Assembly: GCA_009839485.1 (NCBI GenBank)
Contig: VXPQ01000001.1
Span: forward strand, 34,711 to 98,710
Direction: 5' to 3'
Origin: Bacteroidetes bacterium SB0662_bin_6
GTDB taxonomy: Bacteria; Bacteroidota; Rhodothermia; Rhodothermales; VXPQ01
DNA length: 64,000 bases
A program made the translations under genes and the position numbers. Positions 27,401 through 35,689 of the stretch are shown in pieces (the stretch's first letter is position 1; every line of letters begins with the position of its first letter). A model generated the notes under the pieces. That model was not told where the DNA came from. It saw nothing but the letters and a program-made list of their open reading frames with translations, and ran no database searches.

Positions 27401-27667
27401 GACCCGAACGGCTTCGTACACCTCGGGAGCGTAACCGATGAACGAGGCCCGAAGATCATACGAGCCGGGACGCACGTTCACGATAAAGTAGTACCCTTCC
27501 GCATCGGTGATGGCGCCCTGTGTGGTGCCCATAATGGCCACGTTTACGCCGGGTAACGATTCACCGGTAGAGGCCTCCGTAACCTGGCCGGCTATTTTAC
27601 CCGTTTGAGCCCAGGCAGAGGCCGGAAGAAAGAGAGCAAGCGCAAACAGTAACTTTGCGAATCTCAT
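24437..27667 (-). CDS. large (1076-aa, SusC-sized) TonB-dependent receptor
   Basis: ATG at 27667 preceded by GGAGGA. MRFAKLLFALALFLPASAWA signal. KIAGQVTE..GVNVAI..TDAEGYYFI is CarboxypepD_reg-like. Plug segment ..VQVQTGGFNAEYGNVRSGLVNVITK.. present. Ends ..FFGLRLSF. Confidence 0.85.
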   Translation of the reverse strand: MRFAKLLFALALFLPASAWAQTGKIAGQVTEASTGESLPGVNVAIMGTTQGAITDAEGYYFIVNVRPGSYDLRASFIGYAPEVYEAVRVNIGLTTELDFVLQEEAVGLEEVVVTDVRPVVQRDVSASVANITAEEIENLPITDIERVIGLQAGFERGLTVRGFGGDQVQFMVDGLSMSSGRDNTPYTGVSYTSVQEVQVQTGGFNAEYGNVRSGLVNVITKEPDQNEYFVDAIVRYSPTAQKNFPGVDVDGNEVEMVSSNNSFHLRPLTDPVVAFEGTQNWPSWMQREYDSFEGGWNKIAADYNNRPEVMALGRTFTAQELQRVYFDHYLRKDVSVQKPDYEFDATIGGPLPGLHQLIGDMRFTASFRQVQTGYAMGGYERDAFTERVGQAKIISNVAPGMKLIVQGMLSQQLGLNRNEQGQPNLTTGDALYYPWQGGHQTMFGLGHDMGAYFAPMLYNLMDVDRTMIGAQFTHTLNASTFYEVQLQNSTTDYFTRTVRDRDETPSISYLGGAIMLDEEPYGFSISDDFDKLGLGKRTSGHWGSGYDSSAVNRFTGRFDITSQRNRFMLAKAGVEYIYSDYDTDFGEDDPEHPHHTNPKRLWNRKPQQAAAYAQSKLEFRGMVANVGVRLDYFHAGGDWYTYETYERTFSAAIGRARIDELLEQEPTKRQIALSPRLGISFPVTEDSKLYFNYGHFRNALNPINLFNIEEGSAGALVNIGNPDHPMPRTVAYELGFDQNLFDQYLLRLSGYYRDLSRQPRGVQYISLDDLVSYRTSLPWNYGDVRGFEVTISRNRGQWVRGFVNYTYLVRKTGNFGFSRFDENRTEQDNFVRTTTEHYTSKPVPEPFARFNIEVLLPRNMGPQIGGAYPLGDWRVNFLGEWRQGLTLTWDGQNLSGAAGSGDRELQGNVRWKDYYTLDMRLSKSFNTNIGSAQFFVDLTNVLNIRHLYYAGGNLFGAGQQDLTNYMSSLHLPQSTLPDSPDGGLYGDDQPGDFRGPGIAFVPIIQGPLPETGEDRPLYYVLDDRQYYKWNGSSFTAANQSEVDQVLDDKAYINMPNRMWQQFLNPRNVFFGLRLSF

Positions 27668-27900
27668 GTGCGTGATCCTCCAGATAGGGTTTAGGTGAGA
27701 ATGCTTAACGTAGAGGGTTGATACAAGCAGCACGGGCGTATGACCTAGCACATCGGGCGCATGCATACTATCCCGCTTAGTAAATGGTAAGCCTCTGTAA
27801 AACAAAAAACAAATGAATTTGATTTTTTTTGCTCCTGTAGTCAGGCCGATCCACACCTTTATCCTGATTTGATTGCCCTGGTGCGTGGATACGCCAGGCC
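27668..27900 (-). promoter_or_regulatory. 233-nt A/T-rich leader/promoter region ahead of the module-1 large TonB receptor
   Basis: Largest intergenic gap inside the 34-kb array. The minus strand reads ..AGCAAAAAAAATCAAATTCATTTGTTTTTTGTTTT.. No confident -35/-10 assignment could be made. Confidence 0.3.
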
Positions 27901-28860
27901 TCAGTTTTCTTCCGGCGAACGGAAACCCGCCTCCTCGATCGCTTCTACCGGCGGAAGCCACTGCCTGGAAAGACGATATCCCGCTCCGACAAACCCGAAC
28001 CCGTTGCGGACATTCCGCATCACGTTCGGCTGCACCAGCACTTCCGCATCGAATATCCCTCCGGGTGGATCCCAGGCTTCGTTGGCTGCAATAAACCGCA
28101 ACGTCACGTTCAGCAGGATGATGCCTACGCGCAGGTCGATACCTACATCGACCTGTTGCGCCAGATTTGCAGTGACTTCCAGGTAATCCCTGCGCAAATC
28201 CACCGGAATGATCCAGCCTCCATCGGTTTTTTCGTGCCTCAGGAGATAAGGAATGACGATACGGTCTGATTCGATATCCGTCTCGTTGGCAACCTTGTAC
28301 GCTACGGCATAATCAACCTCCACTTGCACGAGGCCGGGCACATCTCCCCGGATAAATACCGGCTGGACCACGGAAACAAGACGAATAACCGGATCCTGGG
28401 GAATGATTTCCGCCTCGGACGGCACCGTCACCTCGACCGTGGACTCCGCGCCGTCCGAACGAATCGCCGCAATCTCGTAGGTATGCCCGAAACGGGCCTG
28501 GAACGGGGCATGGTATACATGCGCATACTGGTCTGCAAAATCGACGATAACGGAATCTTGCCAGACGTGTTGCTCACCGGTCGTGTGGTTTATCGACACA
28601 ACCCGTGCATCCAACGACTCCGGCGTAGCGGGGACAAGGCGCTCCTCTACCGGAAAAACCCGCACCCATTGCGAATCAAGTTGCGGCGACAACACGCCAT
28701 AGATCGAATACGGCACATCCGTCCCCGTAACCGCTACCACATCTTCCTCGCAGGCGCTGAGGCCAAGGAGTATCGTCATAGCAAGCGTAACGGGCACAGC
28801 GGATCGTGCAACACGCCGGATGATCCGGAAACGGAACGGTATGCGGAGCGCCGCGCTCAT
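27901..28860 (-). CDS. DUF4249-family lipoprotein
   Basis: Internal ATG at 28860 overlaps the upstream receptor stop (ATGA, 28857-28860). ..AMTILLGLSAC contains a lipobox. C-terminal ..MRNVRNGFGFVGAG.. Paralog of 10082-11161. Confidence 0.7.
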   Translation of the reverse strand: MSAALRIPFRFRIIRRVARSAVPVTLAMTILLGLSACEEDVVAVTGTDVPYSIYGVLSPQLDSQWVRVFPVEERLVPATPESLDARVVSINHTTGEQHVWQDSVIVDFADQYAHVYHAPFQARFGHTYEIAAIRSDGAESTVEVTVPSEAEIIPQDPVIRLVSVVQPVFIRGDVPGLVQVEVDYAVAYKVANETDIESDRIVIPYLLRHEKTDGGWIIPVDLRRDYLEVTANLAQQVDVGIDLRVGIILLNVTLRFIAANEAWDPPGGIFDAEVLVQPNVMRNVRNGFGFVGAGYRLSRQWLPPVEAIEEAGFRSPEEN

Positions 28861-31217
28861 TCGAAGGACACCTTGATTCCCAGAGAAGGCACGAAAGGAA
28901 GCTGGTCGACCCGGTTGAGCGTGAAAATGTCGAGGTAGAAGATGTTGCGTCGACCGTAGGTATTGATGGCGCTTGCAAGCAGCGCAACCTCCGTTGGCCC
29001 GACAGAAAAAGCCCGCTCCACCGACAGGTCCAGCCGGTGATACTTCGGCAGTAACGCATTGAAAGGGCGTTCGTAAATAACCCGGCGCGTGGCCGGCGCG
29101 TCCACAGCCTTTTCCACATCGTCCACGAGAAGAAAACCGTCGAACCCGATAGCCTGGCTGAACGGAAGACCCGAGCCGAAATCCCACCGCGCGCTCACAT
29201 CGAATCCCAGCACTTCCGTGGTTGCCACAATATTAAGCTGGTGACGGCGGTCATGCGCCGGGCGAAATTTCAACGTCTCTTCGCCGTACCAGAGTGGAAT
29301 GGAAGCGTCTTCCGCCTCGTACCGGGTCGAGGAAAGACCATAGTTTATATACCCGTAGTATCTCTGCCCCCGCACCTCCAGACGCACATCGACGCCCATC
29401 GAACGGCCCGTAGCCGGTTGCAATTTCGAGATGAGCCGGGGATAACTCGTCCATTCGGGAATAAAAAGATTCGACAGGTTTCGGTAATACCCTTCCACGG
29501 ACAACTCCAGCCTGCGCAAGGGCCGGGCCCGGTACCCCAGCAGGGCATGCGAAGCCCGCTGCGGCCGCCCCTGCAGGACATTCAGCAAATTGGGGTTGTT
29601 CTTGGGGACATTCGCCCAGACCGTAAACACGCTGGCGGCGTCCCGGCGGTCGTTGATGCCCAGAATCTCCTGATGATAGATGCCCCAGGCAGCGCTTATC
29701 TCATGAATCCCGCGCTGCCATACCGCACGCAGCCGGGGTTCGATATACGGATCGAATCGGACCTTGTAAAACTGGAGACGAATTCCCGGTCGAATACTGA
29801 ACCCTCCCCCGGGCGCCACATCGAGTTCGAGGTAACTGCCCCACTGGGGTACGCTGGCATATCGGAGTTCGATATTCTGATAGAGGCCCCCGATGGCGCT
29901 GTTCAACTTCGTGGCGCGCAATTCGCTGCCTGCCCGGGCATCGATACCGTCGCCGAAATACGTCATATCCACCGAGACATGCGTGTTTTCGATACTTGAC
30001 CAGCGTATGGGCTCTTCGCGGGGCCCGAGCTCCGTTTCGAGCCGTGAATACGAGACATGGAGATCGGCCATGATCGAAAAGACGCGAGGCAGCATCAGCA
30101 GGCGCATTCCGACCGCATCATTGCGCCAGCCTATTTCTTCCTGCACGCCCCCCGTGTCCCCCGTCAAAAACCCGCGATCCCAGGTCTTGAGACCCGTCAC
30201 CGAGGCTCGCATATTGCTCTTCACCACACCATGCAGCTTGACGAAGGCATCGCCGAAGGTGAAGGGCAGTTCATCGTCGAGGTAACGTCCTACGCCCTGT
30301 TCGATGTTCGACCGGCGAAGCGAAGCGGCAATGGAAATGCGATTCGGCCACAAGGGACCTTCGATGCGCGCCGAACTGAGAAACGGCGACGCAGCGGCGG
30401 AAGCGGCGTAGCGGCGCATGTTTCCTGTCCGCGACGAGATGTCGATCACCGAAGAAATCCACCCCCCGAACTCGCTTCCGTACCCGCCGGCATAAATATC
30501 GACCCGGTTGATATTGTCGGACGGGAAGGCGGAATAGAATCCCATGATGTGAAACGGCTGATACAGCAAAATGCCGTCCAGCTGGATGAGATTCTGGGAA
30601 GGCTCTCCACCGCGGATGAAAAGCTGCCCGCCCCGATCGCCCGTCATCACAATGCCGGGCTGCGTAGACAGATAGGTCGCAAGGTCGCCGGTCACGTCCG
30701 GCCCCGGCACGTATTCGATATCCGCCGCCCGGATCGTCTGCTGACCGGCTGTCACGCGGGCGCCTCCGCCCTGGCGCTCCGACTCCACCAGCACCTCGTC
30801 CATCTCCTCGTCACCCGGTTCGAGCGCAATATTGTACGTGCGCACCGCCCCCGCCTGGAGCCGTAATGAATCGGTGTGCGGACGGTATCCGACAAAGCGC
30901 GCCTCAATCCGGTAGCGTCCGGGGATCAGCCCGGAAATCACATACGACCCATCCTCATTCGTGGCCGCCCCGCGGACGACCTGCCCGTCCTGCTCCAGCA
31001 CCACATTGACCAGTTCGAGCGGTTGTCCATCCGTAATGTCGGTAACGAATCCGCTGACAGAAGCCTGCTGCGCCTGCGCATCGTACTGAACAGAAAAAAA
31101 ACCGGATCCGCACAATACGCCCGCGCAAAGTATAAGCGCACGCTGCCGGAAAGGCCGAATACACCCATTCATGCGCCGAAAATACGCGAAAGCGTTGCGC
31201 AACCGTTTCTTCCCCAT
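28857..31217 (-). CDS. TonB-dependent receptor (~785 aa, CarboxypepD_reg-like N-domain)
   Basis: ATG at 31217 preceded by GGAG (alternative ATG at 31172). VSGFVTDITDGQPLELVNVVL..NEDGSYVISGL pattern. Plug segment ..QLFIRGGEPSQNL.. present. Ends ..LGIKVSFE. Paralog of 11180-13468. Confidence 0.85.
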   Translation of the reverse strand: MGKKRLRNAFAYFRRMNGCIRPFRQRALILCAGVLCGSGFFSVQYDAQAQQASVSGFVTDITDGQPLELVNVVLEQDGQVVRGAATNEDGSYVISGLIPGRYRIEARFVGYRPHTDSLRLQAGAVRTYNIALEPGDEEMDEVLVESERQGGGARVTAGQQTIRAADIEYVPGPDVTGDLATYLSTQPGIVMTGDRGGQLFIRGGEPSQNLIQLDGILLYQPFHIMGFYSAFPSDNINRVDIYAGGYGSEFGGWISSVIDISSRTGNMRRYAASAAASPFLSSARIEGPLWPNRISIAASLRRSNIEQGVGRYLDDELPFTFGDAFVKLHGVVKSNMRASVTGLKTWDRGFLTGDTGGVQEEIGWRNDAVGMRLLMLPRVFSIMADLHVSYSRLETELGPREEPIRWSSIENTHVSVDMTYFGDGIDARAGSELRATKLNSAIGGLYQNIELRYASVPQWGSYLELDVAPGGGFSIRPGIRLQFYKVRFDPYIEPRLRAVWQRGIHEISAAWGIYHQEILGINDRRDAASVFTVWANVPKNNPNLLNVLQGRPQRASHALLGYRARPLRRLELSVEGYYRNLSNLFIPEWTSYPRLISKLQPATGRSMGVDVRLEVRGQRYYGYINYGLSSTRYEAEDASIPLWYGEETLKFRPAHDRRHQLNIVATTEVLGFDVSARWDFGSGLPFSQAIGFDGFLLVDDVEKAVDAPATRRVIYERPFNALLPKYHRLDLSVERAFSVGPTEVALLASAINTYGRRNIFYLDIFTLNRVDQLPFVPSLGIKVSFE

Positions 31218-31281
31218 GTCAACTCCGGATTCCACGGCCATCCTTGTTTATCGCACAGCCGGGAAGCCGTACATGCCCTGT

Positions 31282-32604
31282 TTAACGCGCCCCGTTCGGG
31301 GCAGCCGTCGAAGCAGCATCCATGACCTCCCGAATGGCCTCGACCACAAAATCCGGCGCCTCCCGGTGAAACCACGTTCCACTGCGCCGGGTCTGCACAT
31401 GCCGGCGCCATGTGAGCCCGTCCAGCAGCTCTTCCCGTAATTCGGCCCTGGCCCGGACCCCGGCCTCCGTTTCGCCCACCCAGCGTGGAGTTTCGGGAGT
31501 TTGCAGGGATGTGAGCACAGCCACGGGAATATCCGGCAGCACCCCGGCGCCTGGAAACGCGCCTGTTTCCATCATATCCCTGTATATCCCGAATTCGCCG
31601 CGTTCCGCATCCGAAGCGAGACCGTATAACATATTCCTTCCGGCAAGATATCGATCCATGGACTCCTTATCCATGGCGCCAAGTCTTTGCCCTTCCCCTT
31701 CATGCACCGGTTCCACCAGCACCAACCCTGCTACGGCATCCGGATAGCGCACCGTAAATGTCCGGGCGAAAACGGCTCCGAGTCCATGCGCCACGAGGAT
31801 GTACGGCGGCTCAACCTCCAGATTCTGCAAGAGGGTATGGAGTTCTTCCGCAATTCCGGGGAGTGTCGTTTCGGACTGACGGGACGACGGCAAGCCATCC
31901 GAATATCCCAGACCCGAACGCGAATACGAGATGGCCCGGGCAAACGCCTGCACATCATGGTGTACATAATCCCATACGCGCAGGTCTTCGCCCAGATCGG
32001 ACACGAAAACAACGGGAATGCCTTCGCCTGCATCCAGTGCATACAGATTGTACCCCCCCGCATCCACTTTCCGCCCGAGAGGACCCTCAAGCATATCCAG
32101 CTCGCGGTATTTCACCCGCCGCTCGAGCCGATCCAGGCGCTGTTGCACCCGCTCCCAGGAAAAGCGATCCACAGATGTAACGCCGCCGGGCGGAGCGAGC
32201 GTCACCGGCCCCATGCTTGCCTCCTCATCGGAACAAACCCCCACAAACACTCCGTCCGGCTCCCGCTCGAGCTCGCAATGTATGCGCATGGAAGGCCACC
32301 AGGCAAAGGACAGCATCCCCTCCAGCAAACGCACTCCCTCCACACGGAATTGATCCTGCGTAAGGTGTTCGACATGCAGGCGCGCCTCCGTCGACTCGCC
32401 GGCCTCGGGAAAAACGATCGTCACGCCGAAAGGCGTACCGCCGGGATTCTGCATGAATCCGGTCCATCTGCCTGCCTCTATGATATCGTCGGCCGGCACG
32501 GAAGTTTGGGCCTGAGCATGCCGAAGATCACACGAAAGAAGGAATACAGCGGCGCAAAACGCCATCGCGACAAAACGCATGGGTACGTAAAACGGTTGGT
32601 TCAT
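31282..32604 (-). CDS. secreted two-domain protein with C-terminal alpha/beta-hydrolase fold lacking the canonical nucleophile
   Basis: The track start is TTG; ATGs at 32604 and 32580 are candidates. Signal ..FVAMAFCAAVFLLSC... The fold aligns with alpha/beta hydrolases, but the elbow reads AHGLGA and the HG site reads SDLG. Confidence 0.6.
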   Translation of the reverse strand: MNQPFYVPMRFVAMAFCAAVFLLSCDLRHAQAQTSVPADDIIEAGRWTGFMQNPGGTPFGVTIVFPEAGESTEARLHVEHLTQDQFRVEGVRLLEGMLSFAWWPSMRIHCELEREPDGVFVGVCSDEEASMGPVTLAPPGGVTSVDRFSWERVQQRLDRLERRVKYRELDMLEGPLGRKVDAGGYNLYALDAGEGIPVVFVSDLGEDLRVWDYVHHDVQAFARAISYSRSGLGYSDGLPSSRQSETTLPGIAEELHTLLQNLEVEPPYILVAHGLGAVFARTFTVRYPDAVAGLVLVEPVHEGEGQRLGAMDKESMDRYLAGRNMLYGLASDAERGEFGIYRDMMETGAFPGAGVLPDIPVAVLTSLQTPETPRWVGETEAGVRARAELREELLDGLTWRRHVQTRRSGTWFHREAPDFVVEAIREVMDAASTAAPNGAR

Positions 32605-32626
32605 TGCAGAAAAAGCAAAAAATGCA

Positions 32627-33862
32627 TTATCCTTCGCTCGCCATACGGGCAAGCGTATTCAGATTGTTCCGGGCGGTTCGATTGTCCGGATCGAGCCGAA
32701 TCGTCATTTCCCAGGCCTGACGCGCCTCGTCATACCGCTCGGCGTTTCCGTACGCCACGCCCAGATTCAACCAGGCGTCCGTCAACGACGGATCGCGATC
32801 GACGATCATCCGGTATTGCGCGATCGCCCCGTCGGTATCGCCGCTCTCCAGCATCAGCGACGCCAGATTCACGTGCATCCGAAGATCGTTCGGAATGATG
32901 GCGATAGCCCGCTTGTAGGCATCCAGCGCCCGGTCGTACATCCCCGCCTTGCGGTGCACCTCGCTCAGATGCAGCCAATTCTGCACATCGCTGGGATCCC
33001 GATTCACTGCCTCGTGCGCCTCGTTGATATCCTGCTGGATTTGCTGAGCCTCTTCGGCCAGCGCAAGATGAATCTCCGCCTCATCCTCCTCGCCAAGGCG
33101 CATCAGCGCCTGCCCGAGATTGTACTGCGCACCATGATGCCACTGACGTTCCTCGACCACCATGCGGAGTTGCGCCACGGCCTCCTCCACCTCACCCATG
33201 CGGAGTAATTGTGTCCCGATGACATAGCGGTAGTCCACGCTCTCGGGCCTGATTTTGGCAGCGCGTTTCGACAAGGCGATGGCCGTCTCGAAATCCCCCA
33301 TCTCCTCATGGAGCTGCCCGAGCCACATATACGCCGTCGTATTCGTACTGTCAATCATGATAGACTGCTCGTACGACCACTGCGCACTGTCGGCCATACC
33401 GAGTTTCGCATAGGTGCGCCCCATTTCGAGATACAAATGCGTATTCGGCATGACCGCCTCCTCGCGCCGGAAAGCGTCAATCGCATCCCGGAGTTGCCCC
33501 CTGCGAAAATAATTGATGCCGATATTCATGTGCGCCCCCCGGTACTGCTCGTCTGCGGCAAGGGCGGTGGCGTACGCTGCATTGGCAATCTCGAGCTGGT
33601 TCAGATCCGTGTAGATTCTGCCGCGCAGGAAGTAGGTATCCGCCAATTCCGGCACATACTTCTCTACGCTGTCGGTGAGCGCCAGCGCATGCAGATAATT
33701 CCCCTGACGCCACGCAGCCTCGGCCTGAAGCATAAACCGTTGTACGTTCAGATCCAGCGATTCGCGGAGCTCTTCTGTCCGGGTAAGCGACTCCTCCGCG
33801 TCCTGCTGCGCGCATCCTGCAAGCAGGCAGGCGACCGCCACCATGCAAAACCGTCGTATCAT
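32627..33862 (-). CDS. TPR-repeat lipoprotein
   Basis: The track start at 33880 is GTG; ATG at 33862 gives MIRRFCMVAVACLLAGC. TPR periodicity is present. Confidence 0.8.
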   Translation of the reverse strand: MIRRFCMVAVACLLAGCAQQDAEESLTRTEELRESLDLNVQRFMLQAEAAWRQGNYLHALALTDSVEKYVPELADTYFLRGRIYTDLNQLEIANAAYATALAADEQYRGAHMNIGINYFRRGQLRDAIDAFRREEAVMPNTHLYLEMGRTYAKLGMADSAQWSYEQSIMIDSTNTTAYMWLGQLHEEMGDFETAIALSKRAAKIRPESVDYRYVIGTQLLRMGEVEEAVAQLRMVVEERQWHHGAQYNLGQALMRLGEEDEAEIHLALAEEAQQIQQDINEAHEAVNRDPSDVQNWLHLSEVHRKAGMYDRALDAYKRAIAIIPNDLRMHVNLASLMLESGDTDGAIAQYRMIVDRDPSLTDAWLNLGVAYGNAERYDEARQAWEMTIRLDPDNRTARNNLNTLARMASEG

Positions 33863-33898
33863 ATCATTTTTCCTGTTCACGAAGAACCTTGTGCACGA

Positions 33899-35689
33899 TT
33901 ACCGGAGTTCTCCGGAGTGCCCTGCGGCAGGTTCCGCCGGGCGCAACGCAGCGGATCCTTCGACAAGAATCACTTCCTGTCCGGCCTCCACCTCCGCAAA
34001 GCGCTCAACAAGGCCGCTCGGCCAATGCACTATTAGACTATCTATTTGCCGACGTGCTCCCAACCCGAATACCGCAGGCAATGCGGACTGCGACAAAAAA
34101 CTCGAACCCGATCGGACACGGCGCTCCATGCGCAAATCGCCGACCACCGCCTCGATCCGGGCGCCGAGCGCACTGCGGTTACTGGCGCGCCCTTCCAGCC
34201 GGACATGCAGCCAACCTGATTCGTTGAGATCGTTGCGCCAGAGATGCGCCGGCCCCGCGTTTTCCAGCAGCAATACGTCGAGATCCCCGTCCCGGTCGTA
34301 ATCGGCATAGGCAGCGCCGCGGGCCACCATCGGCTGCGCAAGCACACCGGTCGTTGCAGGCGCCTCATCGAATATCCCGTCGCCCCGATTCAAAAACAGC
34401 TGCGCCGGCTCCGCAAACGTCGCCCCTTCGAGAATCTCGGCAATATGCTCCAGCACATGCCCATTGGCGAGAAAGAGGTCGAGGTCTCCATCCAGATCCG
34501 CATCGAAAAGAAACAGGCCGAATGTGAGGGTCCCCATCGTCGGAAATCCGACACGGGAGATGGTGGCCCGATCCGTGAAATAACCGCCCGAAGCATGCCG
34601 GAAAACGCTCACGGTTTCCTGGGTGAAATTGCCTACGAAGATGGTCGTTTGCCCGGTGCTGTCCACCACGCCCGCATCCACCCCCATACCGGCCCGCGAT
34701 TGTCCATGCTGGTCGTAGGCGACGCCGCTGCGCACCGCGGACTCGACAAACGTGCCGTCCCCGCGATTCACGAACAACAGGTTCCGCTCCGTGTCGTTGG
34801 CCACATACAGGTCGGAATGTCCATCTCCGGTTACGTCCAGCTCGGTCACCCCGAGCGTCTTGTCCAGCACGGGATCGATAGCCCCCGAAAAACCGGCTTC
34901 CTGCGTCGCATCGACGAAGGAACCATCGCCCGTGTTGCGATAGAACGTGCTGGCGACGCCCGCATAATTCTGGGGTGTGCAATAGGCTTTCTCTCCCCCA
35001 TGAAAACAGGGAATATCCGTCTCGGGCGTCCAGGATACATAATTGCCCACGAATAAATCGACCCAGCCGTCCCCATCGGCATCGAAGAATGCGGCGGATG
35101 TGCTCCAGTACGCCTCGTCCGCAAGCCCCGCCTCTTCGCCGACCTCCTCAAACCGTCCGCCGTCATTGCGAAAGAGCAGGTTCTCGTGCAGGGTGGTCAG
35201 AAAAAAATCCGTATCCCCATCGTTGTCGTAGTCGGCGGCGGCCACGCCGAACCCGTATGCTTCCATGCCGCTGAGGCCCGCTGCGACGGAGACATCCTCA
35301 AACGTGCCGTCGCCCAGATTGCGATAAAGCCGCAGCGCTTCGACCGGCTCGTCGGAAACACGGGCCCAACGCCCGCCGCCCACCAGCAGAATGTCCTGCC
35401 AGCCATCGCCGTCGTAATCGAGAAACGCCCCGCCGGGTCCCACTATTTCGGGCATCCATTTCTGGCCAAGGCCTCCATTCTCGTGCCGATATGCACCGAG
35501 GCCGGCTTCCTCGGTAACCCTCGTAAAAGCAAGTGCCGCGGACAAAGACCCGGAAGAGACATCCTCTCCCCCCATACACCCGGCGGCAAGTCCCGCGCAG
35601 CACACAGCTATCGCGATGCCGGCGCAACGCATGGCCCAATGCACTCCACGACGCGTCCTGCCCATCGGGCGCCCGGATATACTCATCAT
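33899..35689 (-). CDS. CRTAC1-family lipoprotein (FG-GAP/VCBS plus ASPIC/UnbV)
   Basis: ATG overlaps the upstream TGA (ATGA, 35686-35689). ..AVCCAGLAAGC contains a lipobox. Family repeats and C-domain present (..NRSALGARIE..RVRSGSSFLSQS..). Confidence 0.85.
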   Translation of the reverse strand: MMSISGRPMGRTRRGVHWAMRCAGIAIAVCCAGLAAGCMGGEDVSSGSLSAALAFTRVTEEAGLGAYRHENGGLGQKWMPEIVGPGGAFLDYDGDGWQDILLVGGGRWARVSDEPVEALRLYRNLGDGTFEDVSVAAGLSGMEAYGFGVAAADYDNDGDTDFFLTTLHENLLFRNDGGRFEEVGEEAGLADEAYWSTSAAFFDADGDGWVDLFVGNYVSWTPETDIPCFHGGEKAYCTPQNYAGVASTFYRNTGDGSFVDATQEAGFSGAIDPVLDKTLGVTELDVTGDGHSDLYVANDTERNLLFVNRGDGTFVESAVRSGVAYDQHGQSRAGMGVDAGVVDSTGQTTIFVGNFTQETVSVFRHASGGYFTDRATISRVGFPTMGTLTFGLFLFDADLDGDLDLFLANGHVLEHIAEILEGATFAEPAQLFLNRGDGIFDEAPATTGVLAQPMVARGAAYADYDRDGDLDVLLLENAGPAHLWRNDLNESGWLHVRLEGRASNRSALGARIEAVVGDLRMERRVRSGSSFLSQSALPAVFGLGARRQIDSLIVHWPSGLVERFAEVEAGQEVILVEGSAALRPAEPAAGHSGELR

